In this document: positions 1 to 9,898 of the stretch, piece by piece
Position numbering within the stretch: position 1 is the first letter of the stretch
Layout: every line of letters begins with the position of its first letter
Assembly (NCBI GenBank): GCA_030668825.1
Contig: DAOVET010000030.1
Span: 1-29,943 of the forward strand
Direction of reading: 5' to 3'
Origin: Candidatus Heimdallarchaeota archaeon
GTDB lineage: Archaea > Asgardarchaeota > Heimdallarchaeia > Heimdallarchaeales > Heimdallarchaeaceae
DNA: 29,943 bases
Translations under genes and position numbers: made by a program
The notes under the pieces: model-generated
What the model was told of the DNA's origin: nothing
The model's database searches: none
The model's input: the letters and a program-made list of their open reading frames with translations, nothing else

Positions 1-389
1 TTGAAAGGTCCATCCCCAGGTTCGAAGAACAGTTTTTCCCTATCAAATAAATGTACCTTCCGGTATTTGGCTACAAAGCCTTCAGGACCCACCAATACTG
101 AAGAATTAAAGTACTTACTTCCATTTTTTTCACAGACTCCACAGACTATATAACCATTTTTTTGTTTGGCTAATTCAACTAATTTCTCAACAAAATATCC
201 TGAAGGAATTTCTTCAGAAATTTTTGCTAGTTCTTCCTTCTCCACAAAAACATATCCTGAATTCGCTAATTCCGGAATAACCAATAAATCAAAAGATTTT
301 GTTTCTTCAATAAGTTTAGAAATCACATCAATATTTGTCTCAACATCTTTTAAAACTGGCTGAAACTGTAGAAAACCTACTTTCATCAT
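1..389 (-). CDS. Carbon-nitrogen hydrolase (nitrilase superfamily), 5' part; runs off the left edge of the window
   Basis: Not in the ORF track. Manual translation from ATG 389/386 gives MMKVGFLQFQPVLKDVETNI...DLLVIPELANSGY...YIVCGVCEKNGSKYFNSSVLVGPEGFVAKYRKVHLFDREKLFFEPGD. It has the catalytic Glu (PEL) and Lys (YRKxHL) motifs. The catalytic Cys would lie outside the window. Confidence 0.92.
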   Translation of the reverse strand, partial: MMKVGFLQFQPVLKDVETNIDVISKLIEETKSFDLLVIPELANSGYVFVEKEELAKISEEIPSGYFVEKLVELAKQKNGYIVCGVCEKNGSKYFNSSVLVGPEGFVAKYRKVHLFDREKLFFEPGDGPF

Positions 390-403
390 TTTTCGTTTGA
401 TAT

Positions 404-1099
404 TCATCTATTTAAATCTGTGGCAGAGAGGTTTACTGATTTCTTGAAGGAATCAATCAAAGAGATAAGTTCAGAAATATCATATATATTATAATCTGGT
501 TTTAATTTCATCACTTTTTCAGGAGAAGAAGCTCCATAATATGCAAAAACAGAATTAACTCTCGCTTGTTTTGCACTTCGTATATCAAACTCTGTATCAC
601 CTATCATGAATGTGCGACTATTTGGGATACTGAAATCATTCATGATTTGAATAATAGCTTTTGACTTTGTTTTATCAAGAGTACCTATTGGTCTATCAAA
701 TAGATGAAATATTTTAAAGTGTTGCAACCATTTTTCCATCCTTTCTTGAGATTTTCGAGACACTAACCCAATATAATTTGTTTTTTTAAGTTCTTCAAGC
801 GTTTCTCTTACTCCAGAATAGAGACTTCGTAAAAATGAATATTTATCTGTAATGTTTACATAATATTGAAGAGCCAAATCTAATAATTCAGGATTATCAT
901 TTTCCAGAAATTCAATGAAATCCTGTTTCTGATCAGTATTTCCCACCCTTTCTTTGAAAACCTTATCAGATAATTTCTTACCCGAGAAATGTTCTACTGT
1001 TTCTTGCATCTGCATAGCATATGCTTCTTTGGAATCAGCTAATACTCCATCAAAGTCAAAAATGATTAAACAACATTTTTCTCGATTTCTTAAACCCAT
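404..1099 (-). CDS. HAD-superfamily hydrolase (phosphoglycolate phosphatase-like)
   Basis: Motif I IFDFDGVLAD, motif II (VSRK), motif III Lys and motif IV MIGDTEFDI. Confidence 0.9.
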   Translation of the reverse strand: MGLRNREKCCLIIFDFDGVLADSKEAYAMQMQETVEHFSGKKLSDKVFKERVGNTDQKQDFIEFLENDNPELLDLALQYYVNITDKYSFLRSLYSGVRETLEELKKTNYIGLVSRKSQERMEKWLQHFKIFHLFDRPIGTLDKTKSKAIIQIMNDFSIPNSRTFMIGDTEFDIRSAKQARVNSVFAYYGASSPEKVMKLKPDYNIYDISELISLIDSFKKSVNLSATDLNR

Positions 1100-1142
1100 T
1101 ACACCGTAAGAAAAGAATCAAAATAAATAGTTTGGGATGAGA

Positions 1143-1886
1143 CTATTCATCCTTTTTTAAAGGTGCACTGCAATTTGTGCAGAAATAAGCATCCATTTCA
1201 TTTCTGGCATCACAGTTCCAACATTTTACAGTAGTTGAACTTTTTTTCCCAGATAAAATGCTTGCTTTTTCTTTCCAATCAAATTGATCAAAACCAGAAG
1301 ATTTTTCTTCCATTCTTTGTGCAATTTTGTCTTCAACTCTGTGAAGACCATCATAAAATCCATCTATTTGATCAGTTCTATCCCTGAATTTTCTGGCTTC
1401 TTTGGCTCTAGCCTCAAAATTGAAAACATATTTAATATATTGAAATATATTCATTTTTCTATCTTTCAGATGACGGTTGATTAAGAACAGAATTGCTCCA
1501 ACTTCAAGCACACCTAAAATAACATAGATAATAATTAGAACTGTTTCTCCTGGCGGCTTGAAGAATGCAAGTAAAATACTCACTGGCAGAAATCCTGCAG
1601 AGATAACTAGTATTGGTAGTCCAAGAACTAAATAAACAAGTTCATTCATGGCACTTGCGACACTATAACCTGCCCCAGAGAAGAACTCTATAATATAATA
1701 AGTTATGAGCATTGTTCCAACAATACATATTGCTAGAATTGACAGAACTTTAAGAAGTTTGATATCTAAAATAAATGAATAGGCAACGCAAGCTACTATA
1801 ACACCTGCAAGAATAGCTTGCTGCATAACATTTTCTCTCTTGAAAACTTTACGTTTTCCCTTGGGTATTCCATGCATAGACGTCAT
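1143..1886 (-). CDS. Membrane protein (about 4 TM) with C-terminal zinc ribbon
   Basis: Four hydrophobic segments, a charged helical linker, then CWNC-x10-CTNC. Confidence 0.75.
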   Translation of the reverse strand: MTSMHGIPKGKRKVFKRENVMQQAILAGVIVACVAYSFILDIKLLKVLSILAICIVGTMLITYYIIEFFSGAGYSVASAMNELVYLVLGLPILVISAGFLPVSILLAFFKPPGETVLIIIYVILGVLEVGAILFLINRHLKDRKMNIFQYIKYVFNFEARAKEARKFRDRTDQIDGFYDGLHRVEDKIAQRMEEKSSGFDQFDWKEKASILSGKKSSTTVKCWNCDARNEMDAYFCTNCSAPLKKDE

Positions 1887-1979
1887 CCCAAATGAAAATC
1901 ATATACTTATTTATTTTACTATTTGTGCAATGGTACCAAAAATTAAGTAAAATAAAAATAAAAAAGATAGAGAAGAGTT

Positions 1980-4667
1980 CTATTCTTCTTGTTTTCTTCT
2001 TCTTCGATATACAACCATGGCTTGAATTACCAACAAAGTTGCTCCAATAGAAAGCAAAGTTAGTGCATCAAAACCTGTTTTGGTAACAGGAGATTCAATG
2101 CATATTGTATAATTGCTTAATGTTCTATAAAACGTACCATTAATATCAACTACACTGATAAAGAATTCAATAATTGTATTTGCATCAAATCCTTTACCTA
2201 ATTCGAAGTAGTAAAATGGGTCGTCAGCAGTTCCATTGTAGTCCATTATAGCTGTATATCCAGTTGTGACATTATTGTTCGGATCAAATTCTGACCATGT
2301 GATGTTTACATGATTCTTACCTGATCTGATCTCAAGATCAGTTCTGTTAGTAATCTCAACAGTAACCATATATTTTTCATTTTCATAGAAGAGATTGGTC
2401 GGTAAAGTAACTTCTTGACCATCTTCATCAGTGGTCAAAAGGTTGATTTCAGGAGTTGAGATATAGACAGGTGTAAAATCAGATTCAAGTACCACATAAC
2501 TATCATTTTCGGAAAAGACTTGCTTTACAACTAATTCATCAGAGTATTCCACCATAATTCGGTAGATTATGAGATTATCATAGTCAAATGCAGGAAGAAT
2601 TCCTGAATAAGAGCTAATTGCACCAATTGAACCTATAGGAGTTCCTGAAGAGGTTATCTCAGTATTAATCCATGTTGGGCCATTGTTAAGAAGATATTGA
2701 AGATAGACTTTAACATTTTCTGTATCAGTAGGTACAAATATTTGAGATTCAATAAATACTTCATCAATGTCTTGTGGATGAAGGATGTCTCTTGCTACAT
2801 ATTCAATTGAAGGGATAACTGTATAACTATTTTCGAGAGGATAGAGGTCTTTAATTTCATGAACAACAGAATCAATTGTAACAAGATCAATTAAAACCTC
2901 GGTTGGCCAAGGTTCATTTAAATAATGATTACCAACAAAAGTAACGTTATCAAGTTGTTTATAGAAAAGACCTAAACAATCAGTTATTGAACCATATTGT
3001 CCAACAGTTCCAAAATTGTTATTGTATACAGAGAAACCGTTACTATCAATGAAAGTTATTGCTGCTCCAACAATTGAATCAAATGAATTTCCAGTTACAA
3101 TTGGAGATGTAGATCCAATAATTTGTATACCTGTATTTAACGCCTTATAGGTTCCATCACGAATTTGCAAATACAGTGTATTTCTGGCAACAATTCCAAT
3201 GTCTGAAGTGTTTACGTCATTCCCCATAAGTCTGATATTGTCTGAGAACCAGATACTGACCCCATAAACAGAGTCAAATATACCATTACTAGCTAAAATA
3301 CCGTAACTAGTTGACCAGAGGGATATTCCGTATTCTGCATTAATCGCTCCGTTAGCTGTTATAACTACTTCTTTAGTTTGTTCAACATAAATACCAGTTA
3401 TTGTATTATTAATAATATTACCAAGAATTATTACTTCTCTTGAGGAGACTACGCTTATTCCTTCACCTACAAAGGTTAAAATATTAGATTCAATTTCATT
3501 ATCTCTTCCACCTAGAAGATTGATTCCTGTTGTAGCATTATAAAATACATTAAAAGATATTACAGCGTCTCTTGAATCAACTATATCAACAGCTTTTTCT
3601 GATATGTTATAGAACTCGTTATTTGACACTTCAATTCCGTCAGAATCTAGTACAGCTATACCATTATCAAGATTATCAAAGTAATTGTTTATAATCCAGT
3701 TTGGTGATGTGAAAAAATCAATAGCTTGATTACTATCAATGAATCTATTTTCAGTTATTAAAGATGCTCTTGTGCCTTCTGCCTCTATACAAACATCTGA
3801 AACATCTGTGAAGTTATTGTTGCTGATTGTCGATAAATCCGCATTATCTAAAACAATACCATTATCAAGAACGCCAAGTATATTATCTGTCATTGTTAGT
3901 CTTGAATCTTCAATATAAGCGCCTAGCTTACTATTTGTGAAATAACTATTTGTAATTCCTACTGGATTGATATCATCGATTTGCAAACCAATTTCAGTCA
4001 AAGAATTGAATTCAGTATAATCAATAGTTAGACTATCTGCATTATCAATCAACAGTCCAAATTTAGCATTAGCAAAAAAACTATCATAGATTTCAATTGA
4101 TCCACTATCTACTAGCTCTAAACCTGTTTCACCTAGATAAAATTCAGAGTTATCAATAAATATATTCTGTCCATATTTAATATAAAATGAACTTTCAATA
4201 ATATCTGAACCTTCAATTGTGATATCTGCTGCATTCCTTATGTCAATTAATGCTTTTTCTACACTAATACCTAAGAAAGTAATTGATGATTCTATGCTTA
4301 CATTTGTGCTTATATCAGTACCCAGAATTGTGAAATTATATGATAAATCAGTTGGTTGTAGAATACTGTTTTCGACATAAAGTTTGGCTCCATCCATCAT
4401 TTCAATTGTACATGAAAAAGTTTGATTTGCTAGAAAATCCACGGTTGAGTTAATAATTCTCAACTCTCCACCTTCTTCAATAAGTATAGAACCATTAATA
4501 ATTACATCGTCAGTTATTGTTTCCAATCCTGATATAATCCAAACTCCTTCTGTTGGAGGTTGTAATTTGACAAAACTGTTTGAAGCTCTCGAAACAGTTC
4601 CAACTGTTAACAAACCAACTATTAGCGTAAATGTGAAAAGCGTTACTATTTTCTTAGAAACCTTCAT
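1980..4667 (-). CDS. Cell-surface right-handed parallel beta-helix (NosD/CASH-type) protein with C-terminal membrane anchor
   Basis: N-terminal signal peptide, many I-x-x-N-x-F/I...G-I repeats, Ig-like C-terminal regions and a GF-TM-RRRRK tail. RBS-like GAGGT lies upstream. Confidence 0.85.
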   Translation of the reverse strand: MKVSKKIVTLFTFTLIVGLLTVGTVSRASNSFVKLQPPTEGVWIISGLETITDDVIINGSILIEEGGELRIINSTVDFLANQTFSCTIEMMDGAKLYVENSILQPTDLSYNFTILGTDISTNVSIESSITFLGISVEKALIDIRNAADITIEGSDIIESSFYIKYGQNIFIDNSEFYLGETGLELVDSGSIEIYDSFFANAKFGLLIDNADSLTIDYTEFNSLTEIGLQIDDINPVGITNSYFTNSKLGAYIEDSRLTMTDNILGVLDNGIVLDNADLSTISNNNFTDVSDVCIEAEGTRASLITENRFIDSNQAIDFFTSPNWIINNYFDNLDNGIAVLDSDGIEVSNNEFYNISEKAVDIVDSRDAVISFNVFYNATTGINLLGGRDNEIESNILTFVGEGISVVSSREVIILGNIINNTITGIYVEQTKEVVITANGAINAEYGISLWSTSYGILASNGIFDSVYGVSIWFSDNIRLMGNDVNTSDIGIVARNTLYLQIRDGTYKALNTGIQIIGSTSPIVTGNSFDSIVGAAITFIDSNGFSVYNNNFGTVGQYGSITDCLGLFYKQLDNVTFVGNHYLNEPWPTEVLIDLVTIDSVVHEIKDLYPLENSYTVIPSIEYVARDILHPQDIDEVFIESQIFVPTDTENVKVYLQYLLNNGPTWINTEITSSGTPIGSIGAISSYSGILPAFDYDNLIIYRIMVEYSDELVVKQVFSENDSYVVLESDFTPVYISTPEINLLTTDEDGQEVTLPTNLFYENEKYMVTVEITNRTDLEIRSGKNHVNITWSEFDPNNNVTTGYTAIMDYNGTADDPFYYFELGKGFDANTIIEFFISVVDINGTFYRTLSNYTICIESPVTKTGFDALTLLSIGATLLVIQAMVVYRRRRKQEE

Positions 4668-4863
4668 CTAATTAACCTCGAGTATTTGTCTTAATTTAAT
4701 CAATCGTGACGAATGCATATTATTAAAGTTTCTGTAAGAACTGTGATTTCAGATTTTATCCGTTTGAGAAGTCAATGGCAAATTAAGGTCCTAGACAACC
4801 GAAACGAGTAAAATTCAATTGATAAATTGACTGAATAAATCTGTTAACTTGAAGTATTATCTT

Positions 4864-5808
4864 CTAATTTTTCTTTGTTTTAGATTTCTTTTCCTTTCGT
4901 CTAACTTTCTCACGAGCTATACGGTCTTTCTTATATTTCTTCAGCATAAGTTTATCCAGCTGTTCATCAGTTAAATCAGGAGGATTTATCAGAGGTTCTG
5001 GGTGTTCAACTAGCTTTTTTAACAAATCAATAGTTGGTCCACTATAACTTCCTGGTGTGATTCGATCATCTATGCAAACTTTAATATCCATCACATTTCG
5101 TATATCAACTTCTTCAGTTTCTTGATTTACTACTTGAACCTTGTGCATTTTTCCGATTGTTACCAGAACTCCTGTTGTTCCAAGTTCAAAGAGATGGTGA
5201 TAAACAGCATCTACATTTATTGATCCTAAATGAGCTAGAAATACTGTTGACCACATTGGGATGTCTTTAGTGAAAGCATATATTGGAATATTGTGTTCGT
5301 CTGTCCAACGTATTAACCAGAAAATAAAACGAATCACCCATCTGGGAAAGGCACCCCAAAATTTGACATCTTTTTCATTCGGGTTTTCTCCATAACGAGC
5401 TTCATAAAGTTCTCTTTTAACAATTTTTTGAACAGAATCCAAAGTATCAAATGGATCAAATTCAATCATTGCATTTATTTCATCTCCATCCTCAGTTTTT
5501 TCCTTTTTAACTACAAAAGATATAATTATCTTATTTCTTTGCCATAGCCTACGACCAGATACAAAGCGATTAATTTTTGGACGTAAAGAAATGGTTCTAA
5601 TTGCGGCTGCTAAATAAATCTGAAACAAGGTTATTTTATCTTCTTCATCTCGATTTTTATTATATTTTTCAAGAAATTTGAAGGTATTAGTAAGATCTAT
5701 CTGAGTTTTAGAATAAATTGAACTTCCTGTTTTTGTTCGCATTATAAGAAATTCGAATTCATGAAATTTTGTAGTTTTTACTAATTCTGCATCTGGTCTT
5801 CTTGGCAT
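4864..5808 (-). CDS. Stand-alone 2-oxoacid dehydrogenase E2-like acyltransferase catalytic-domain protein
   Basis: Segments KITLFQIYLAAAIRTISLRPKINRFV, LAHLGSI and CIDDRITPG match the E2 catalytic core. There is no lipoyl or E3-binding domain. Confidence 0.75.
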   Translation of the reverse strand: MPRRPDAELVKTTKFHEFEFLIMRTKTGSSIYSKTQIDLTNTFKFLEKYNKNRDEEDKITLFQIYLAAAIRTISLRPKINRFVSGRRLWQRNKIIISFVVKKEKTEDGDEINAMIEFDPFDTLDSVQKIVKRELYEARYGENPNEKDVKFWGAFPRWVIRFIFWLIRWTDEHNIPIYAFTKDIPMWSTVFLAHLGSINVDAVYHHLFELGTTGVLVTIGKMHKVQVVNQETEEVDIRNVMDIKVCIDDRITPGSYSGPTIDLLKKLVEHPEPLINPPDLTDEQLDKLMLKKYKKDRIAREKVRRKEKKSKTKKN

Positions 5809-5922
5809 TTAATCACATCTTTATTATAACAGGCTTTTTTATTTGAATAAAACGCTTTTTTAAATATATTTCGTTTCTTAGGGTTTTATAAAAATATTTT
5901 TTAAACGACGCTCTGCACATAC

Positions 5923-7251
5923 TTGACCACCTTGATTCATACTGAAGAAGAAATACCTCAAGAAAAAGCAATTAAGAAAGATAAAATTAAGACTTATGCA
6001 ATTGCTGCAGCTAATAGTGGTGGGCAGCAGTTTTACTTTAACTATGCTACTTTGATTGCTGTTGGAATAGGAGCAACCCCATTACAGATGTCCTTCATTA
6101 CAGCTATTCAAAATTTAGGGTCATCTCTTCTACAAGGTTTTTTTGGTCGGTTATCAGATAGAATAGGTAGAAAATTAGTCTTATTATTTGGGTTCATTAT
6201 TGCTACTATAACTACAGTTAATTTAGCATTCATTACTTCACCTGTTCTTTTTATGGTTATTATTGGAATCTATTCTTTAGGAATAAGCATGGTTATTCCT
6301 TCCTGGAATGCACTAATGGGAGACATTACCACAGAAAAAACTAGAATAAAAGTAATAAGTCAACTCAGCATGGTAGGAACTCTCACATCTTCAGTTTTGC
6401 TACTTCTATTAGGCTTTATCACTGATTTAATACCTTTCAAGAATACAGAATTAGAAACAAAATACAGAGTTATGGTTTTAGTGGGATCCTTGTTCTTTGC
6501 TCTAGCAGCTATCGTAATCTTAACCCTATCAGAAACTAACAGAACAAAATCAGTAAGGAAAGCTGTTCCAATTAAGACTCTCCTGAAGAACAAATCATTT
6601 GTAATTTTCGTCGGAACTACAATGATATGGTGGCTGATAATGAGTTTATTATGGCCTTTATCTCCCTTCGTTCTTAGTAGATTGGAACCTAGCACATCTG
6701 CAGTAGCTATTCTTTCTGCTGTTTTTTCAGCAAGCATGGCCATTGGTTTCATGATTACGTTTAAAATAGGTAATAGAATCGACAGAAAATTCATGATATT
6801 TATTGGGTTCATTTCACTCTGTTTAGTGCCTATAACTTTAGCTTTTAGTACTCACTGGGCTCTGATTATCATTACTAATTTCTTTGGCGGATTAGGAAAT
6901 GGTTTAGTTAATGTCTCTGTTAGTACAGAAATTCTCAATCTTGCCGATCCAGAAATCAAGGGAACATATAGTGGAACATATAATGTTTTTCTAGGTATTT
7001 TAACTTTTACAGGTTCCTTTATTTCAGGACTAATTTTCGAATTCTTTACAAAATCCAGTGTTTCTTTAATTTCTAAATCACTTTGGTTAGATTTTTCAAC
7101 AAACATTTTTTCAAAGTTTTTAGATTCTTCTTTAGATAGTTTTGGACTCTTTCTTAGAAACTTCCTTATCATAATTACTTGTCTAAGACTACTAGCTGCC
7201 ATTCCTATACTTGTTTTGGCTTTAAAAGAAAGAAGAAAAGCTAAATTATAA
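5923..7251 (+). CDS. MFS transporter
   Basis: About 12 TM segments and MFS motif A GRLSDRIGRK. TTG start. Confidence 0.92.
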   Translation: MTTLIHTEEEIPQEKAIKKDKIKTYAIAAANSGGQQFYFNYATLIAVGIGATPLQMSFITAIQNLGSSLLQGFFGRLSDRIGRKLVLLFGFIIATITTVNLAFITSPVLFMVIIGIYSLGISMVIPSWNALMGDITTEKTRIKVISQLSMVGTLTSSVLLLLLGFITDLIPFKNTELETKYRVMVLVGSLFFALAAIVILTLSETNRTKSVRKAVPIKTLLKNKSFVIFVGTTMIWWLIMSLLWPLSPFVLSRLEPSTSAVAILSAVFSASMAIGFMITFKIGNRIDRKFMIFIGFISLCLVPITLAFSTHWALIIITNFFGGLGNGLVNVSVSTEILNLADPEIKGTYSGTYNVFLGILTFTGSFISGLIFEFFTKSSVSLISKSLWLDFSTNIFSKFLDSSLDSFGLFLRNFLIIITCLRLLAAIPILVLALKERRKAKL

Positions 7252-7293
7252 TCCTCTGCGAAACAGTTAAAATCCTCTCACAAAATTAAAGTT

Positions 7294-7776
7294 ATGAAAT
7301 TTGTTCATAGGACTAATTACTGTAATAAGTGCAACAAAAAAGCATTTTATCCCCAGTTAGTAAACAAAGAAACGATAGAACAAAACAAAAAGTGTCCTAG
7401 ATGCGGTACTGACGTAGTTTCATTTTGGGAGGAGTTAAATAATAAATATATTTTACCATATTTTGTAGGTATGCCTTTTTTTGCAATGTCTGCAATTTAT
7501 GGTTTTTGGACATCCACTTTAGATCAGATAAAACCTGTAGATATATTTGTAATTATTTTCAATGTTATAATGGCTGGAGTTTTCACAGTTTATGGGTTGC
7601 GGTATCGTAAACTAAAAGAAATTCCTCAAACCAATGATAATTCTCTAGAAATGTTAAAATCATTTAGAAAACAAACACTATATACTTTTCTTTATACTTT
7701 GTGTGGTTTTGCGATAGTAATTATTCTAGATATACTTATAGTCCTTATTTGGCTAGGTATAGCAAAAATAACATAG
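7294..7776 (+). CDS. Small membrane protein with N-terminal zinc ribbon
   Basis: CNKC...CPRC followed by three hydrophobic segments. Confidence 0.7.
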   Translation: MKFVHRTNYCNKCNKKAFYPQLVNKETIEQNKKCPRCGTDVVSFWEELNNKYILPYFVGMPFFAMSAIYGFWTSTLDQIKPVDIFVIIFNVIMAGVFTVYGLRYRKLKEIPQTNDNSLEMLKSFRKQTLYTFLYTLCGFAIVIILDILIVLIWLGIAKIT

Positions 7777-7820
7777 GTACTGTTAAGTTAGTACAAAAAA
7801 AGAATAAGTGAAAATTCATT

Positions 7821-9020
7821 CTACTCTAGATAAAGAGTTTTCTCCTTTTGTATTCCTCTTGTAGAAAGGAAGATTAACATTCCTAAGAGTGCAATCATCA
7901 AAGAAATATAAACCACGATTTCAATGCTAAATTTTCCAGATACTAACAATAAACTTACTCTATAACACCAGTAAAAAGGGTTAATCATTGATGTTGTCGA
8001 TGAACTGAGTGGATTTGACACAGCTCCGAAATAAAAAAACATAGCTAATCCAATAGAAACCAGAGGAGAAATCCTTTCTGATGCTTCTCTAGCTAAATTG
8101 CTATCTATTGCCATGGTGAGGAGTAGCGATATAAGTAACGCTAGAACTGCGAATAAAATCGTAACAATGATGTCTCCAGCATTTAGAACTCCTAGATTCA
8201 ATCCAAAGATTTCAAATATACTACTAAAACTTGCTCCAGAAATTTGAGTTGCAGCAATAATTCCTAAAACATAGGATAGTGTTGAACCCAAGGAAGCAAC
8301 TAAACCAGTTATTGCTTTTGAGATTACGAGATCACTGTGACGATGAGTATAAGCTAAAAGAATTTCCATTGTTCTCATTCTTTTCTCTCTAGCAAAACCA
8401 ATACTGGAATAAGAGCCAGAGTTAAGGGCTATAAGTAGAAAAATCATATAACTTAAAGGCATTGCTAGAGCAGCTGCTTTTGGTCCTAAAAGTGATTCTT
8501 CTGGTATGGAAGCGGGTGCAACTTCTTCTTGATTAACCGGAGGAATGGTTCTATTTGCTAGAGTTGTCGCAATTACGCTGTTTGCAATACTTCTGACGGT
8601 TGCAAAAATACTTTCAGAGAAAAGTGATTGAGTAGCATCTACAACATAATAAGTTGGTACTCCTAGAAATGCTAGTTCAGAGAAGTTAGAAGGGATATAC
8701 AAACCAAATTCATCTGTATAAGTTACAGCGGATAAATTTGCTACTACCTCTACTTCAATTGTAGAATCACTCAAGAAATAATATGTGAGATTTCCAAGAA
8801 TAGAATCTCCTATATTTGTGCCAGAATAACCAAAGTCATCGCTACAAATTAATAATGAAGATGTTTGTTGTGAGCTAAATAAAGAAGGTAGACCAATAAG
8901 CAGGAACATCATTATAAAAGGACCTCCAAACACAAAAATAGCAACTCTCTTTCTGAATAAGAGTCTCAAATCTTTTTTCAACAATGTCTTGAGTTGACTT
9001 GTTCCTTTCTTTTTACTCAT
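7821..9020 (-). CDS. ABC-2 type transporter permease (NatB-like)
   Basis: N-terminal TM, extracellular loop, several C-terminal TMs and the motif AREKRMRTMEILL. It overlaps the ATPase stop by 4 bp (ATGA). Confidence 0.88.
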   Translation of the reverse strand: MSKKKGTSQLKTLLKKDLRLLFRKRVAIFVFGGPFIMMFLLIGLPSLFSSQQTSSLLICSDDFGYSGTNIGDSILGNLTYYFLSDSTIEVEVVANLSAVTYTDEFGLYIPSNFSELAFLGVPTYYVVDATQSLFSESIFATVRSIANSVIATTLANRTIPPVNQEEVAPASIPEESLLGPKAAALAMPLSYMIFLLIALNSGSYSSIGFAREKRMRTMEILLAYTHRHSDLVISKAITGLVASLGSTLSYVLGIIAATQISGASFSSIFEIFGLNLGVLNAGDIIVTILFAVLALLISLLLTMAIDSNLAREASERISPLVSIGLAMFFYFGAVSNPLSSSTTSMINPFYWCYRVSLLLVSGKFSIEIVVYISLMIALLGMLIFLSTRGIQKEKTLYLE

Positions 9021-9796
9021 AGTAGTCCCTCCTTTCCAGGACTTGAACTCTTCATTGGTGTTTTAAATGCTTCAATAATTGCATCTTCAAACTCTTGAGT
9101 ATCAGGAGCATAAGTATTGATAATTTCCTCCTTTTTCCCTTGAAAAATCAATTTTCCTTGTTTAAGAATCCCACAATAATCAGCAAGTTCCTCTAAATCT
9201 GAAACAATGTGAGAAGAAAGCAAAATAGTTTTTCCTTCTTCTTCAACTAGCTTTTTGATAATTGATCTAATATATTTGGCTCTAGCAATATCTAATCCTG
9301 TAGTAGGTTCGTCGAGAATCATAAAATCTTTGTTTGTCATTACAGCCATAATAAAACTAATCGATCTTTGTTCCCCCCCAGAAAGTTTTGAAAATGGTTT
9401 ATTCAACAACTCATGTGTTATTTCTAAGGTTTGAAAATAACTTACTAAAGTCTGGTTAACTCCCTCATATGAAATTCCGTTCAATTCCAGAACAAATTTG
9501 ATATTTTGCATAGGGGTTAAATCATAATACGCAGCAGAAAATTGTGGTAATAGACCGATTTTTCCTCGAATAGCTTTTGGATTCAATGTTACATCGATAC
9601 CATTAACAGTTACACTTCCAAAAGTTGGTTTTAGTAGCCCAAGCAACATTCTAATTGATGTGGTCTTACCGGCTCCATTTGGGCCTAAAAGTGCATAAAT
9701 CTTCCCTTTTGGTATCTCCAGATTCACTCCATCTACTGCTAGTAGCAATTTGAATTGTTTAGATAGTTGTTGTGTTTCAACCATTAAATCTGACAT
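9017..9796 (-). CDS. ABC transporter ATP-binding protein
   Basis: Walker A GPNGAGKTT, signature LSGGE, Walker B ILDEPTTGLD and H-loop SSH. Confidence 0.96.
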   Translation of the reverse strand: MSDLMVETQQLSKQFKLLLAVDGVNLEIPKGKIYALLGPNGAGKTTSIRMLLGLLKPTFGSVTVNGIDVTLNPKAIRGKIGLLPQFSAAYYDLTPMQNIKFVLELNGISYEGVNQTLVSYFQTLEITHELLNKPFSKLSGGEQRSISFIMAVMTNKDFMILDEPTTGLDIARAKYIRSIIKKLVEEEGKTILLSSHIVSDLEELADYCGILKQGKLIFQGKKEEIINTYAPDTQEFEDAIIEAFKTPMKSSSPGKEGLL

Positions 9797-9898
9797 TAGA
9801 ATGAATAAGTCAACTGTATTTTTAAAACTATTTCTATCTTAATTTTCTCATCGGCATTATAGAGTATATTTTTTAAACTCTCCAAGCCTCATATCTCA

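Noticed and set aside
166-363. 65-aa + strand ORF
   Set aside because: It is the antisense shadow of the nitrilase gene.
4815-4830. Short inverted repeat TCAATT-GATA-AATTGA in the 196-bp intergenic region
   Set aside because: A 6-bp AT-rich arm is expected by chance at this composition, and there is no second copy.
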